Notes under the pieces: model-generated
Databases searched by the model: none
What the model was told of the DNA's origin: nothing
Seen by the model: only the letters and a program-made list of their open reading frames with translations
Shown here: positions 29,675-40,373 of the stretch, one piece after another
Numbering within the stretch: the first letter of the stretch is position 1
How the letters are laid out: every line of letters starts with the position of its first letter
Program-made: the position numbers and the translations under genes
Assembly (NCBI GenBank): GCA_003279705.1
Contig: QCGZ01000003.1
Span: 6,932-70,931 of the forward strand
Direction: 5' to 3'
DNA length: 64,000 bases
From: OCS116 cluster bacterium AG-390-I16
Lineage (GTDB): Bacteria > Pseudomonadota > Alphaproteobacteria > MED-G09

Positions 29675-31027
29675 ATGGTCGATTTTCTTAGAGATTTTAT
29701 ACATATTCTTAGGTCATCTGATTTAAGAGTATCAACATCAGAAAGTATAGATGCAATGAATGTTGTATCAGAGGTTGGACTCGATGATAAATCTTTACTG
29801 AAAGACTCTTTATCATTTTCATTAGCGAAAACTCTAAGAGAGAAAGAAATTTTCAACAAATGTTTTGATAATTTTTTTGAAGAAAATTATATGAATCTCA
29901 AAGGTGAGAAACTATCGAAAGAAAATCATGAAGAGGATATCGAGTTCGACGAACTTAATAATATAGAAAATACTGAGAAAAATTTAGAAGAACTATATAA
30001 AAGCTCTGATAAAACATCATTAATGACAGTTATGGCTTTAGCAGCAAGAGATGCAAATCTTCAGGATATTAAACTTTTTACTCAAGTAGGAATGTTTACT
30101 CGTAAAATATTTGATGAGATGGGTCTTGAAAAATTAAATAATGATATTTTTCAAGCTGCAAGAGAAGGTGATGGGAAAAGAGAGGGTGAGTTAAAAAATA
30201 TAAGAGAAAATCTTCGTTTAGAAATTAGGGATTATGTTGAAAATCAAGTAAAACTTAGAACAACAAATGCAGGTAAACAATTAAGAGAGGATGCATTATC
30301 TCAAATGCGTCTAACGCAAGCAGATAAATCTGATTATCAAATTATGTCAGGTATTATTAAAAAAATGGCTAGACGATTAATATCTGTCCACTCTAGGAGA
30401 AAAAGAAAATCACAGCGAGGTGTACTTGATATTCGTTCAACGATAAGAGCAAATCAGGAGTATGATGGAATTTTATTTGAAACAGTTTGGAAAAAAACAA
30501 AAGTTGATAGACCAAAAATTGTTGCCCTTTGTGATGTTTCAGGTTCTGTAGCAAATGTTTCTAGGTTTTTTTTAATGTTTCTTCACAGCCTTACAGAGAT
30601 ACTTCCAAATGTAAGGACATTTGCATTTTCAAATAAGGCAGGTGAAGTTACGGATCTTTTTGAGAATAAAGATATAGAAGTAGCTGCGGCGGAGACATTA
30701 TTATTAAATGGAGGAGGGTCCACAGACTATGGACAGGCTTTTGTTGATCTTGAGGGATTTTTAGAAAATAATATTGATAGAAAGACGACGGTTATAATTT
30801 TAGGAGATGCTCGATCTAATTATGGTGATCCAAGGTGTGATGTTTTAAAGACAATTCAAGAAAAGTCTAAGAGAATTTTATTTTTGAATCCTGAACCAAA
30901 ATCTGTATGGGGTACTGGTGACTCTGAAATGTTAAGGTTTGTTCCATATTGTTCAAAATCAAAAGTATGCAGTTCATTATTTGATCTTGAAAGAGTTGTT
31001 GATGATATGCTTAGGTCTAGTATTTAA
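29675..31027 (+). CDS. VWA-domain protein (CoxE-like partner of MoxR ATPase)
   Basis: MIDAS-like motif CDVSGSV in the C-terminal half. It is immediately adjacent to the MoxR gene, a typical pairing. Confidence 0.75.
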   Translation: MVDFLRDFIHILRSSDLRVSTSESIDAMNVVSEVGLDDKSLLKDSLSFSLAKTLREKEIFNKCFDNFFEENYMNLKGEKLSKENHEEDIEFDELNNIENTEKNLEELYKSSDKTSLMTVMALAARDANLQDIKLFTQVGMFTRKIFDEMGLEKLNNDIFQAAREGDGKREGELKNIRENLRLEIRDYVENQVKLRTTNAGKQLREDALSQMRLTQADKSDYQIMSGIIKKMARRLISVHSRRKRKSQRGVLDIRSTIRANQEYDGILFETVWKKTKVDRPKIVALCDVSGSVANVSRFFLMFLHSLTEILPNVRTFAFSNKAGEVTDLFENKDIEVAAAETLLLNGGGSTDYGQAFVDLEGFLENNIDRKTTVIILGDARSNYGDPRCDVLKTIQEKSKRILFLNPEPKSVWGTGDSEMLRFVPYCSKSKVCSSLFDLERVVDDMLRSSI

Positions 31028-32445
31028 ACTGGAAGATTTCTTTGACCAGTTAAGAAGTGATCTACTGAACTTGCGCATTGCCTGCCTTCTCTAATAGCCC
31101 AAACTACTAAGGATTGTCCTCGTCTCATATCGCCTGCAGTAAAAATTTTACCTGCAGATGTTTTATAGTCTTCAGTATTAGCCTTTACATTTCCTCTTTC
31201 ATCAAGCTCTGTTTTAGAGTGCTCAATTAATCCTTCATGTATTGGATGAACAAAGCCCATTGCTAATAAAATAAGATCTGCCTTTAAACTAAATTCAGTT
31301 TTTGGAATTGGTTTCATTTTTTCATCGACTTTCACACAATTAATGCCGGTAACTTTTCCATTTTCCCCTGAGACACTCTGGGTCATAACTGAGAAATCCC
31401 TTAACGCCCCTTCGGACTGGCTAGAAGATGTTCTTAATTTAAGAGGCCAATTTGGCCATGTTAATGATTTATTCTCTTGTTCTGGAGGAATAGACATGAT
31501 TTCAAGTTGTGTAACAGTCTCTGCACCTTGTCTTATAGAGGTCCCTATACAATCTGAACCAGTATCACCACCACCTATTACTATTACATTTTTGTTTGTA
31601 GCAAGTATTTCTTTTATTTTTGATGGAACACCTTCATTGGATACTCTTTTATTTTGCTGTGGTAAAAATTCCATTGCAAAATGAATACCGTCTAAATCTC
31701 TCCCTTCAACAGGTAAATCTCTTGGATGTTCTGATCCACCGGATAAAACAATTGCATCATATTCATTTTCTAATTCATCAATTGAAACATCAACACCTAC
31801 ATTAATTCCATATTTAAAGACTGTTCCTTCATCTTCTAACTGATTAATACGTCTATCAATTATATGTTTTTCCATTTTGAAATCTGGAATACCATACCTT
31901 AATAAACCGCCGGCTTTATTGTTTTTTTCATAAACTGTTACCTCATGCCCAGCTCTTGTAAGCTGTTGTGCACATGCAAGACCAGCAGGGCCAGCTCCAA
32001 TTACTGAAACTTTTTTTCCTGTTTTTTCTTTAGCTATTTTTGGTTTAATCCAACCTTCATCAAAACCTCTATCAATAATTGCACATTCAATTGACTTAAT
32101 TGAGACAGGCTCTTCGTATAAGTTTAAGGTGCATGCCGCCTCACAAGGAGCGGGACAAATCCTTCCTGTAAATTCTGGAAAGTTATTCGTTGAATGTAAA
32201 TTCTCGAGTGCATTTTTCCAATCATCTGAATAAACTAAATCATTCCAATCAGGAATTTGATTATTAACAGGGCACCCATTATGGCAATAGGGTACACCAC
32301 AATCCATGCATCTTGCGGCTTGATTTATTGTTTCTTCTTTTGTTAGAGGAATAACAAACTCTTTATAGTTTGATATCCTTTCAGATACTGGTTTATAACC
32401 TCTATCAAATTTTTCTATATCCATAAATCCTGTTGGCTTACCCAT
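31024..32445 (-). CDS. gltD: glutamate synthase (NADPH) small subunit
   Basis: Fe-S Cys cluster near the N-terminus ([14 protein letters not shown]), FAD/NAD Rossmann [14 protein letters not shown], directly downstream of gltB. Confidence 0.9.
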   Translation of the reverse strand: MGKPTGFMDIEKFDRGYKPVSERISNYKEFVIPLTKEETINQAARCMDCGVPYCHNGCPVNNQIPDWNDLVYSDDWKNALENLHSTNNFPEFTGRICPAPCEAACTLNLYEEPVSIKSIECAIIDRGFDEGWIKPKIAKEKTGKKVSVIGAGPAGLACAQQLTRAGHEVTVYEKNNKAGGLLRYGIPDFKMEKHIIDRRINQLEDEGTVFKYGINVGVDVSIDELENEYDAIVLSGGSEHPRDLPVEGRDLDGIHFAMEFLPQQNKRVSNEGVPSKIKEILATNKNVIVIGGGDTGSDCIGTSIRQGAETVTQLEIMSIPPEQENKSLTWPNWPLKLRTSSSQSEGALRDFSVMTQSVSGENGKVTGINCVKVDEKMKPIPKTEFSLKADLILLAMGFVHPIHEGLIEHSKTELDERGNVKANTEDYKTSAGKIFTAGDMRRGQSLVVWAIREGRQCASSVDHFLTGQRNLPV

Positions 32446-32448
32446 TGT

Positions 32449-35400
32449 CTATCCTTTTGCTGAGTCTTTTGAGCTCTCTTTGGCTGAATAAATATCCATG
32501 AGAACTCTTTTATATTCTGTTGGCATTACCTTAATAAATTTTGGAAGATAATTTTCAAAATTTTCTAAAATTCTTTTTGCTTTGGGGCTATTAGTATAGC
32601 GATGATGATTTTCTATTAGATTTTTCAATCTTTCTTTATCATGAATTAAAAGATTATCAGTAAATATTTTTTCGTCAGAATTATTAATTTTTTCTAGCTC
32701 AATCATTTCTGAATTATAAAGATCTTTGAATCTATCATCTTCATCTAAAACATAAGCTATACCACCAGACATTCCTGCACCAAAATTTCTACCCACTTTT
32801 CCCAAAACTACAACAATTCCTCCAGTCATGTATTCACAGCAATGATCACCAGAACCCTCTACAACAGCAGTGGCACCTGAATTTCTAACGGCAAATCTTT
32901 CTCCAGCAATACCATTAAAGTAACATTCTCCAGTAATACCTCCATATAAAACAGTATTACCAACAATGATATTTTCTTCAGGAACTATTTTTGAATTTTT
33001 AGGTGGATATATTGCTATACGTCCACCAGAAATACCTTTACCAACATAGTCATTCCCTTCACCTTCAAGATCTAGAGATACGCCCTTAGCAAGAAAAACC
33101 CCAAAACTCTGTCCAGCTGTACCTTTTAATTTAATATTAATAGTGTCATCCGCTAAGCCTTTATGTCCATGTGCTTTAGCGATTTCTCCAGAAAGCATTG
33201 CCCCTGTTGAACGATCAGTATTTTTTATCTCTGACGAAATTTGAACTGGTTCCAATTCCTTTATTGCTTTTTCTGACTCTTGTATAAATTTTCTATCTAA
33301 AATTTCATATATATCATGATCCTGAACTTGACTTCTATATATTGAATCACCATCCCACGGATCAGGTTTAAAGAATAATTTTTCAAAATCCATACCCTTG
33401 TTTTTCCAATGTTTTATAGCTTCATCAGTATCTAAGAATTGTGTTTGACCAATCATTTCATCAAAAGTTTTAAAGCCCATCTTACTCATATAGGACCTTG
33501 CCTCTTCAGCAACAAAGAAAAAGAAGTTGATTACATGCTCTGGTTGTCCGTTAAAAAGTTTTCTAAGCTCTGGGTCTTGAGTTGCTATTCCTACCGGGCA
33601 AGTATTTAAATGACATTTTCTCATCATTATACACCCAGATGCTATAAGAGGGGCAGTAGAAAACCCAAATTCATCTGCGCCTAAAAGAGCTGCTATAACA
33701 ACATCACGTCCAGTTTTTAATCCACCATCTGCTTGAACAGTTATTCTTGAACGAAGACCGTTTATGACTAGTGTTTGATGAGTTTCAGCTAATCCAAGCT
33801 CCCAAGGGCTACCCGCATGTTTAATTGATGTAAGTGGGCTAGCTCCAGTTCCACCTTCAAAACCTGAAATAGTAACATGATCAGCTTTAGCTTTTGATAC
33901 TCCTGCTGCTACCGTTCCTACACCAACCTCAGAAACTAGCTTAACAGATATATCAGCCGAAGGGTTAGTATTTTTGAGATCATAAATTAACTGAGCTAAA
34001 TCTTCGATAGAGTAAATATCATGATGAGGGGGAGGGGAAATTAAACCAACACCAGGTGTTGAAAATCTAACATTTGCTATAGTCTGATCAACTTTGTGAC
34101 CTGGAAGTTGTCCACCTTCTCCAGGCTTAGCGCCTTGGGCCATTTTAATCTGTATCATATCTGAGTTTGCTAAATATTCAGCTGTAACACCAAACCTTCC
34201 TGATGCAACTTGTTTAATTGATGAGCGCATCGAGTCACCATTTTCCATAGTCAGAAAACGATCTGCTTCTTCTCCACCTTCTCCAGTATTAGATCGACCT
34301 CCAATTCTATTCATTGCAATAGCCAAATTGGTATGTGCTTCTCTACTAATTGATCCAAAAGACATAGCGCCTGTAGCAAAACGTTTAACAATTTCTTTTG
34401 CTTCCTCGACTTCTTCAATTGAAACAGGCTTTCTTGAAAAATCTTCTGCCTTTTTAATTTTAAAAAGCCCTCTAAGCGTCATTAATTTCTCGTTCTGTAT
34501 ATTTAAAGAATCTGCATATTTTTTATAGGTTTCAGGACTATTTGAACGAACAGCGTGTTGAAGATCTCTCACAGTGTCGCTTTCCCAAGAATGTTTCTCT
34601 CCTCTAAGTCGAACAGCATATTCACCCCCAACATCAAGTAAATTCTCAAGACCAGAGACTTTAGCGAAAGCATCCTTATGTCTTGAAATTGTTTCTTTCT
34701 CAATCTCATTAATACCAAGGCCTTCAACTAAACTTGAAGTACCAGTGAAAAATTCATCAATAAATTTAGTTGAAAGACCAATTGCATCAAATATTTGAGC
34801 ACCACAATAAGATTGATATGTACATATTCCCATTTTAGACATAACTTTTTTAATCCCTTTTCCAAGGGCTTTAATAAAGTTTTGAATGGCTTTATCTTGA
34901 TCGGAATCTATTGAAAGATTTTTAACAACTTTAATTGCTAACCATGGATGAACAGCATCAGCACCATAGCCTGCTAAACAGCAGAAATGATGAACTTCTC
35001 TTGCTTCACCAGTTTCTATTATTAAACCAGCTGAGGTTCTCAAGCCTTTCTCTATTAGGTATTGGTGAACTTTAGATGTAGCTAAGAGAGATGGAATAGG
35101 AATATTTTTTTCTGTAATAAATTTATCAGATAAAATAATAATTTTTTTCCCGTTATTAATAGCCTTTTCTGCCTTTTCACAAATATTTTTTAAAACATTT
35201 TTTATATTTTCATTATCCGCATTAAAAGTAATATCGATTACTTCCGATGAGATAAAAGAATTATTATCATTTGATAAACTTTTGATTTTATTAGCGTCAT
35301 TTTCATTTAAAACTGGACTATCAATTTTTATAAATTTTGATACTTCTTTTTGATCTAAATTTAATACATTCGGCCTAGGTCCAATATAATTGTTTAAAGC

Positions 35401-37089
35401 CATGACCATTTCTTCCCTAATAGGATCGATAGGTGGATTTGTTACTTGGGCGAATTTCTGTTTGAAATAAGTAAACATTGGTTTTGATTTTAATGAAAGA
35501 GGTGCAATTGGTGTATCCGTTCCCATCGAACCAGTTGCTTCCATGCCATTAACTATCATCGGATTTATTAGAAATTTTTCATCTTCTTGAGAGTATCCAA
35601 AAGCTTTTTGAAGCTCTTTTATAGATAATTCACTTTCAAATTTTTCATCTGAATTTGGAATATCACTAATATTTAATTGATTTAATTTTAGAAGTTTTTC
35701 CCAGGGTCTTTTATTAGCAACATTATTTTTAATTTCTTCATCATTAATCATAGCTCCTTTTTCTAGGTCAATAAGAAGCATCTTTCCTGGTTCTAATCTC
35801 CACTTAGATTTAACCTTTGATTCATCAATAGGAATTAAACCCATTTCAGAAGCGAAGATAACTCTATCATCTTCAGTTATTAAATATCTAGCGGGCCTAA
35901 GACCATTTCTATCAAGTAAAGCACCAATTTGCTTACCATCTGTAAAAGCAATATTAGCAGGACCATCCCAAGGCTCCATAATAGGGGCATGATACTCATA
36001 AAAACTTTTCAGATTTTTGTCCATTATATCATTACTTTGCCATGCCTCAGGTATCATAATTAACATTGCTTCAGAAATAGAGTATCCCCCTCGAACAAGA
36101 AGCTCTAATGCATTATCAAATGATGCACTATCAGATTGTCCTTCTTCAATTATTGGCCAAATTTTATCTAGGTCATTTTCTGAAAAAGATGGTGATGCTA
36201 AATTTTTATGACGAGCATTCATCCAATTTATATTACCTCTAACAGTATTTATTTCACCATTATGACATAGCATTCTGAATGGTTGAGCTAGACTCCAAGT
36301 TGGAAATGTATTAGTTGAAAACCTCTGATGAATTAAAGCAAAAGAGGATTCAATATCGGTGTCTGTTAAGTCCTCATAAAAACCTAACTTCTCTCCCATA
36401 CCACCAACTTGATCAGCTAAAACCATTCCTTTGTATAAAATTGTTCTTGATGATAGTGATGGAATATAAAAGCCATCCTTAATTTGATTTGAAATTTCTA
36501 ATACTTCTTTTTCAATGCAACGCCTTAAGATATATAATTTTTTTTCAAAATCATCCTGAGATTTTTCATTTTCAGATTTTTCTAAAAATAGCTGATACAC
36601 AATCGGTGTTGAAGGTAAAACGGACCAACCAAGTTCCTCAGTATACGTTGGACATAATCTCCACCCAAGGATTTTAATTTTTTCTTTCAAACAAACTTTT
36701 TCAATTAATGTTTTAATTTCCTTTTCATCATTTTCATTATTCGGCATAAAAATTACGCCTACAGCGTATTCACCTGGCTTTGGAATAGAAAAGTTATTTG
36801 AAACTTTTTTCTCTAAAAACTTATGAGGAATTTGAATTAATAATCCTGATCCATCTCCAGCTTTTGGGTCAGCGCCAACTGCTCCTCTATGCTCAAGATT
36901 ACAAAGCATAGCAAGGCCCTTTTCAACAATATCAAATGAGGGTCTGTTTTTTATATCTAGAACTAGACCAACCCCGCAGGCATCATGTTCATTTACTGGA
37001 TTATAGAGGCCTTGGGCCTTAGGTAGTCCAGCTATTTTAAATTTTGTTTTTTTAGACATAAAATTATTCGCCGTTGCTTGCTCTTTCAT
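32449..37089 (-). CDS. gltB: glutamate synthase large subunit
   Basis: 1546 aa. Ntn amidotransferase start (CGVGLV), FMN and 3Fe-4S domain motifs, and the C-terminal GXGXG region. Confidence 0.95.
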   Translation of the reverse strand: MKEQATANNFMSKKTKFKIAGLPKAQGLYNPVNEHDACGVGLVLDIKNRPSFDIVEKGLAMLCNLEHRGAVGADPKAGDGSGLLIQIPHKFLEKKVSNNFSIPKPGEYAVGVIFMPNNENDEKEIKTLIEKVCLKEKIKILGWRLCPTYTEELGWSVLPSTPIVYQLFLEKSENEKSQDDFEKKLYILRRCIEKEVLEISNQIKDGFYIPSLSSRTILYKGMVLADQVGGMGEKLGFYEDLTDTDIESSFALIHQRFSTNTFPTWSLAQPFRMLCHNGEINTVRGNINWMNARHKNLASPSFSENDLDKIWPIIEEGQSDSASFDNALELLVRGGYSISEAMLIMIPEAWQSNDIMDKNLKSFYEYHAPIMEPWDGPANIAFTDGKQIGALLDRNGLRPARYLITEDDRVIFASEMGLIPIDESKVKSKWRLEPGKMLLIDLEKGAMINDEEIKNNVANKRPWEKLLKLNQLNISDIPNSDEKFESELSIKELQKAFGYSQEDEKFLINPMIVNGMEATGSMGTDTPIAPLSLKSKPMFTYFKQKFAQVTNPPIDPIREEMVMALNNYIGPRPNVLNLDQKEVSKFIKIDSPVLNENDANKIKSLSNDNNSFISSEVIDITFNADNENIKNVLKNICEKAEKAINNGKKIIILSDKFITEKNIPIPSLLATSKVHQYLIEKGLRTSAGLIIETGEAREVHHFCCLAGYGADAVHPWLAIKVVKNLSIDSDQDKAIQNFIKALGKGIKKVMSKMGICTYQSYCGAQIFDAIGLSTKFIDEFFTGTSSLVEGLGINEIEKETISRHKDAFAKVSGLENLLDVGGEYAVRLRGEKHSWESDTVRDLQHAVRSNSPETYKKYADSLNIQNEKLMTLRGLFKIKKAEDFSRKPVSIEEVEEAKEIVKRFATGAMSFGSISREAHTNLAIAMNRIGGRSNTGEGGEEADRFLTMENGDSMRSSIKQVASGRFGVTAEYLANSDMIQIKMAQGAKPGEGGQLPGHKVDQTIANVRFSTPGVGLISPPPHHDIYSIEDLAQLIYDLKNTNPSADISVKLVSEVGVGTVAAGVSKAKADHVTISGFEGGTGASPLTSIKHAGSPWELGLAETHQTLVINGLRSRITVQADGGLKTGRDVVIAALLGADEFGFSTAPLIASGCIMMRKCHLNTCPVGIATQDPELRKLFNGQPEHVINFFFFVAEEARSYMSKMGFKTFDEMIGQTQFLDTDEAIKHWKNKGMDFEKLFFKPDPWDGDSIYRSQVQDHDIYEILDRKFIQESEKAIKELEPVQISSEIKNTDRSTGAMLSGEIAKAHGHKGLADDTINIKLKGTAGQSFGVFLAKGVSLDLEGEGNDYVGKGISGGRIAIYPPKNSKIVPEENIIVGNTVLYGGITGECYFNGIAGERFAVRNSGATAVVEGSGDHCCEYMTGGIVVVLGKVGRNFGAGMSGGIAYVLDEDDRFKDLYNSEMIELEKINNSDEKIFTDNLLIHDKERLKNLIENHHRYTNSPKAKRILENFENYLPKFIKVMPTEYKRVLMDIYSAKESSKDSAKG

Positions 37090-37255
37090 AAAATAAAATT
37101 GTTAATTATTATTATTTAGATAAAGAAATTAAATTTCTAAGGTGTACGTATATACATAAAACTTTTAAAGAATGCAACCTAGTGTTGTAATAATACAACA
37201 ATTGATAATCATTCTCAACTTAACTTATTGAATTTATTAGATCAAATTATTTTTT

Positions 37256-38803
37256 TTAAGGTCTTAATCCAAATTTTGTTTTACCAGATTTTCTAAGCTT
37301 CGAAGTTAAATTTACAAACTCTGATAAGTATTTTCTGGTGTCTCGTGGATCAATTATTTCTTCTGCGATAAATGATTCTGCGGTTCTAAATGGTGATCTG
37401 ACTTTTTCCATTTTTTCTTCTATTTGTTTGATAAGCAATTCTGGATTATTAGATTTTTCTAGGTCAGATTTATATGCTGCTTCAATTCCTCCCTCAACTG
37501 GTAATGATCCCCAGTCACCAGATGGCCAAGCAAATCTATAGTGATACCTAGAAGCATTCATGTGTGCAGCTCCTGCAACACCAAAAACTTTTCTAATTAT
37601 TACTGAGCACCAAGGAACAGTAGCTTGATAAACCGCCGCTAATGCTCTTGCACCATGACGAATTGTTGCCTGTTTTTCTGATTGAAGGCCAATTAGAAAG
37701 CCAGGATTATCAACTAAATTAATTACTGGGAGATGGAAGGTTTCCGCAATGTCAATAAAGCGGGTTACTTTATTCGAAGAGTCGGCTGTCCAGCCACCAC
37801 CATAGTAATATGGATCCCCTGCCAATAGTGCTACTGGCCAGCCATCAATTCTAGCTAAACCTGTAATAATAGATTGACCATAATTCTCTCCTACTTCAAG
37901 AAAACTTTTTTTGTCGACCAGGGTATTTATTATTTTACGCATTTTATAAATTTTTCTTCTGTCTTTTGGTATTGCTTCTAAAAGCCAATCATCTTTTCTT
38001 TTTGGGTCATCAGTTATTTTTCCTCTTGGCGGAAGTTCGTAAACAGATTGCGGTAGGTATGATAAAATTTTCCTAGCTACCTCAAATGCCTCTTCTTCGC
38101 TTTCCACAAAAATATCAACCGCTCCATTCTTTGAATGAATTTCTGATCCACCTAACTCCTCTTTTGTAAGATCTTGGCCAAGTCTTTTTACAACCGGAGG
38201 ACCTGCAACAAATAACTGAGATATATTTTTAACCATAATAGAGAAGTGACTTGTAACTAATCTTGCCGCCCCTAATCCAGCAACCGGGCCCAAACCTAGA
38301 GCAATAACAGGTATTTTAGAGAGATTGTCAACAACCCATTCCCAACCTGGATTAGCAGGAATATAAGTTCTAGATTCGGTATCAATAGATTTAACCGATC
38401 CACCCCCTCCAGTGCCTTCGATTAATCTAATTAGAGGAATTTGAAGTTCATTGGCCATTTGCTCTGCCATAATCTGTTTTTCTCTGATAGATGCATCAGC
38501 CGCACCTCCACGAACAGTAAAATCATCACCGCCGATTACAATATTTTTCTCATTAATAGTACCTCTTCCAACAATAAAGTTAGCAGGTGTGAAGTGCTCC
38601 AAATCACCACTTGCGGTGTATTGAGATTTACCAGCAATTTTTCCTATTTCATGAAAACTATCATCATCTAAAAGCTTCTCAATTCTTTCTCTAATATTTA
38701 AGCGGTTATTTTGTTTCTGTTTTTTTAATTTTTCAGAACCACCCATTTCTTCTGCTAGCTTTTCTCTTTTTTTTAATTCATCTATTTCTTTTTTCCAGCT
38801 CAT
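37256..38803 (-). CDS. acyl-CoA carboxylase carboxyltransferase (beta) subunit (propionyl-/methylcrotonyl-CoA carboxylase beta-like)
   Basis: 515 aa carboxyltransferase with two crotonase-like halves. The N-terminus is typical of PccB-type subunits. Confidence 0.8.
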   Translation of the reverse strand: MSWKKEIDELKKREKLAEEMGGSEKLKKQKQNNRLNIRERIEKLLDDDSFHEIGKIAGKSQYTASGDLEHFTPANFIVGRGTINEKNIVIGGDDFTVRGGAADASIREKQIMAEQMANELQIPLIRLIEGTGGGGSVKSIDTESRTYIPANPGWEWVVDNLSKIPVIALGLGPVAGLGAARLVTSHFSIMVKNISQLFVAGPPVVKRLGQDLTKEELGGSEIHSKNGAVDIFVESEEEAFEVARKILSYLPQSVYELPPRGKITDDPKRKDDWLLEAIPKDRRKIYKMRKIINTLVDKKSFLEVGENYGQSIITGLARIDGWPVALLAGDPYYYGGGWTADSSNKVTRFIDIAETFHLPVINLVDNPGFLIGLQSEKQATIRHGARALAAVYQATVPWCSVIIRKVFGVAGAAHMNASRYHYRFAWPSGDWGSLPVEGGIEAAYKSDLEKSNNPELLIKQIEEKMEKVRSPFRTAESFIAEEIIDPRDTRKYLSEFVNLTSKLRKSGKTKFGLRP

Positions 38804-40263
38804 AATTCACTCTTTTTAAAAACCCACCTTTGAAGAGGTTTTGCAATTAGTATTAAAATGAGACCTGCTATAGTAGATATTATAGCTATTTGATTAAACA
38901 AATCAGGCATTGAAGAGAGACCCTCGTTGGTTGCTTGACCAGATATTAGACCAGCCAATATCGCGCCTAAAGAAGAGGCTAGGAACCAAATACCCATCAT
39001 TTGACCAATATATCTTTTTGGTGATAATGATGAAATTGCTGATAGGCCTATAGGACTTAATATTAATTCTCCAATAGTGTGGAATAAATAAGTCAATAAT
39101 AGCCATTTGGCGCTAGCTAATCCCTCACTTATAGCTATTTGAGCTCCCACAGCTATTATAATAAAACCTATAGCCATAAAAATTAAACCCATTCCAAATT
39201 TAAAAGGCAAAGATGGGTCAAGCATTTTCCTTCCAAGGTATATCCATAAATAAGAAATAAAAGGGGCTAAAATTACTACAAATAGAGGATTTAAAATTTG
39301 TAACCAGCTTGCTGGGTATTCCCAACCAAAAATCATTCTATCAGTATACTCTTTGGCGAAGATATTAAAGGAGCTTCCCCCTTGATCAAAACCAGACCAA
39401 AATAATGCAGCTCCAATAAATAGAATGAAAATCATTATAATTTTCTTTTTTTCATCCTTATTTAAATTACCAAGAAAATAAATATAGAAAAAATATGCCA
39501 GACTAATGGATGCAATTACAATAGTTGTGATATTGGCTAGCGGTAAAGGATCAATACTCCAGAAACCCATCAATCCCGATATAATTAATAATGATATGAA
39601 TAAGCTAATCACTAAAATAATTCTTTCGTATTTATTTTTAACCTCTAAATTAATTGAGTTACTAGGTGATAATCCAGTTTTTCCCAACGATTTCATATTT
39701 AATTTATATTGAATTACACCAAATAACATCCCAATTCCTGCAGCTCCAAATCCGTAATGCCACCCAATATTTTCACCAAGATAACCACAAATAAAAAAGC
39801 CTAAGATGCTTCCTAAATTTATTGACATATAAAATATTGTAAAACCGGACTCTCTCATATCAGTTTTATTTTCATATAGCCCACCAACCAATGCAGAAAT
39901 ATTTGGTTTAAGTAATCCAGTTCCAATAACAACTAGCGTTAAGCCAATATAAAATAGAGACATATTAGGGATAGCTAAAATTAAATGGCCAAACATTATT
40001 ACAATCCCTCCATAAAGAACTGTTTTTTGTTGACCATAAAGATTGTCGGCTATCCATCCCCCAGGCAAGGTTGCAAGATAAACTGCAGCTGCATATATTC
40101 CGTAAATCGCACTCGCAGATGAATTGCTAAAATCTAGACCTCCATTTTGAATTGAAGCAGTCATAAAAAGTACGAGTATTCCTCGCATTCCATAATAGGA
40201 CATTCTTTCCCACATCTCTGTGAAGAACAATACTTTTAATGCTTTTGGATGATTATTAATCAT
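38800..40263 (-). CDS. POT/PTR2 family proton-dependent oligopeptide transporter
   Basis: PTR2 signature region FFTEMWERMSYYGMRGILVLFMT. Multi-TM. ATGA overlap with the upstream gene. Confidence 0.85.
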   Translation of the reverse strand: MINNHPKALKVLFFTEMWERMSYYGMRGILVLFMTASIQNGGLDFSNSSASAIYGIYAAAVYLATLPGGWIADNLYGQQKTVLYGGIVIMFGHLILAIPNMSLFYIGLTLVVIGTGLLKPNISALVGGLYENKTDMRESGFTIFYMSINLGSILGFFICGYLGENIGWHYGFGAAGIGMLFGVIQYKLNMKSLGKTGLSPSNSINLEVKNKYERIILVISLFISLLIISGLMGFWSIDPLPLANITTIVIASISLAYFFYIYFLGNLNKDEKKKIIMIFILFIGAALFWSGFDQGGSSFNIFAKEYTDRMIFGWEYPASWLQILNPLFVVILAPFISYLWIYLGRKMLDPSLPFKFGMGLIFMAIGFIIIAVGAQIAISEGLASAKWLLLTYLFHTIGELILSPIGLSAISSLSPKRYIGQMMGIWFLASSLGAILAGLISGQATNEGLSSMPDLFNQIAIISTIAGLILILIAKPLQRWVFKKSEL

Positions 40264-40373
40264 TAAATTAAACCTTGCTCTTACAATTAATACATTTATA
40301 TAGATTGCATTATAAAATAGAATTAATTTATAAATTGAATTTTTTCAACTTACCAGAGGGATAAGTAATTAAA

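Noticed and set aside
37184-37199. Small palindrome GTTGTA-ATAA-TACAAC upstream of gltB
   Set aside because: Short AT-rich palindromes of this size are expected by chance in ~30% GC DNA. It does not match known NtrC/Lrp-type sites.
1250-39712. Numerous 60-200 aa ORFs on the opposite strand of larger genes (e.g. 1551..2138, 4051..4518, 6673..6936, 7896..8587, 9506..9955, 14034..14378, 15646..15954, 24381..24644, 25850..26218, 31343..31805, 34328..36677, 37338..38671, 38903..39712)
   Set aside because: Each lies wholly inside a longer ORF with recognisable conserved protein motifs on the other strand and shows no Shine-Dalgarno or start context. Typical spurious ORFs.
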